Shown here: positions 62,356 to 64,000 of the stretch, piece after piece
Position numbering within the stretch: the first letter of the stretch is position 1
Layout: each line of letters begins with the position of its first letter
Assembly (NCBI GenBank): GCA_964016885.1
Contig: OZ024743.1
Span: 146,754,001 to 146,818,000 of the forward strand
Source: Eledone cirrhosa
Lineage: Eukaryota
DNA: 64,000 bases
Direction of reading: 5' to 3'
Notes under the pieces: generated by a model
What the model was told of the DNA's origin: nothing
Database searches by the model: none
Seen by the model: only the letters and a program-made list of their open reading frames with translations
Position numbers and translations under genes: made by a program

Positions 62356-64000
62356 ATCATCATCAGCATCATCATCGTTTAACGTTTATCTTCCACACTA
62401 GCATAGGTTAGACGAGAGTTGTCCCAATTTGAGGCAAGATTGGTTGTCTCGCTCATATAGGACTATCTGGCAGGTTTTCTACGGCTGGATGCCCTTCCTA
62501 ACACCAACCACATTTACAGTGTGGACTGGGAACTTTTTACCATGTTACCTACACGGCCACATTACAGCATGGACTGTGTGTTTTTTTCTCGTGACACCTA
62601 CACGATCTCGATCTCGATCTCATTATCTCATTAATTTGGACTGGATGTTGTGGTACCAACTTTACAGAGAAAGGATGGTGTTGGTGGGCGTGGGAGGGTG
62701 GAGTAGGGGTAGTGGGATGGGGTGCATACTTACTGTAGGTTTCGCTTTGTATATAGGCAAGGCGGCTCTTCTGTATTACTGCGTGGTGCCAAAGATCTCG
62801 GTCCAGTGACATTATCTTGGAGAGGTGTAAGTGTGTAAGGTCGGAATTTATCAAATCGTCCTAGGTTTTTCTGGGTCTACCTATTCCGTAATTTCCATCA
62901 ATTTTCATCGCCCTGCACTTTTTTATACAGCTGTCGTCTTTTATGTGCATCACGTGACCATACCAACGCAGTCTTCTCTCAAGTAAACAGCATCTGATCC
63001 TTCTTATTCCTAATTTCTCACTTAGTTCATTTATGTTTTGCCGTTCACGTATATTACTATTACACATCCAACAGAGCATGCATGCTTCGTTCCTTTCCAG
63101 TCTGCACAGGTCCTCTGCACACAATGCCCATGTCTCACTGCCATGTAACATTGCTGTTTGAACACAGGCATCATACAATCTGCCTTTCATTTTTAGAGAG
63201 AAACCTTTTGTGGCCAACAGTGGTATAAGCTCTCTGAACTTTTTCCATCCCGTTCTGATTCTGGCTACTGTACTTTCAGAGCACCCTCCACCACTGCTGA
63301 TTTTGTCACTCAGGTAACGGAAAGTGTCCACTATTTCTATAGAACCATCTGGGCAATAGAAGGAGCTAGTATCCTGTGGGTACTTGCTACTTATTGCACC
63401 TGAGCATCGGCCACATATAAAATCTATGTTCTTAGATAGCTTACCTGTGACCCCACTACATCTTTTATGTACACATAGTTTACATTTGGGACATAAAATG
63501 AAATTTCTACCTACTCCTTTCCTACACATTGAGCATGGCCATTTCTCAGAGAGAACCTGTGCCCTATTTTCCTTTCTACATACTAAAATTTTAGTCTTAG
63601 ACAAGTTAACTTTAAGGCCTTTTGATTCTAGGCCATGCTTCCATGTTTGGAATTTCTTCTCTAGTTCAGCCATAGATTCAGCTATGAGAGTTAGATCATC
63701 TGCGTATAGAAGTTCCCATGGGCAGCTGGTCTTACATTCCTCTGTTATAGCCTGAAGGGCAATAATAAATAGGAGGGGGCTAAGGACAGAGCCTTGATGA
63801 ACACCGACTTTTACACTAATTTCTTCACTATATTCATTGTTAATTCTAACCTTACTGACTGTTTCTTTATACATGGCTTGTATAGCTCCCACAAGCCATT
63901 CATCTACACCTAGTTTTCTAAGAGCCCACCAGATAATGGAGCAGGGGACTCTGTCAAAGGCTTTCTCCAGGTCTACAAAAGCCTAAGTAGAGGGGTTTAC
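62356..64000 (-). mobile_element. RTE-clade LINE (RT + 3' UTR), continues beyond the window
   Basis: DLEKAFDRV, GVHQGSVLSPLLF, LLYADD, Cys-rich insert, MLHGSETW, RLRWYGHV. Premature stop at 62861. (GAT)n tail. Confidence 0.93.

Overview
AT-rich, microsatellite-dense animal DNA made almost entirely of transposable elements. The SINE and microsatellite landscape resembles coleoid cephalopod (octopus-like) genomes; this is recalled, not provable here. No host protein-coding gene is confidently identified, only a candidate exon at 41810-41870 (-). The centrepiece is an intact 6028-bp L1/Tx1-clade LINE (7525-13552, -) with open ORF1 and ORF2, bounded on both sides by (AAT)n. It shares one fragmented AAT array with an R4/Dong-like LINE and a second, truncated Tx1 copy. 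A sister Tx1 family sits instead in (TATC)n. Both Tx1 families and the most abundant tRNA-derived SINE (roughly 30 copies) end in the same small stem-loop, with compensatory stem changes and usually 12 nt before the microsatellite tail. This suggests a microsatellite-targeting Tx1 LINE/SINE partnership. Also present: RTE LINEs with their own partner SINE, Penelope-like GIY-YIG fragments followed by minimal hammerhead ribozymes, an inverted Helitron pair, several MITE families and palindromes. Most ORFs in the supplied track are microsatellite artefacts.
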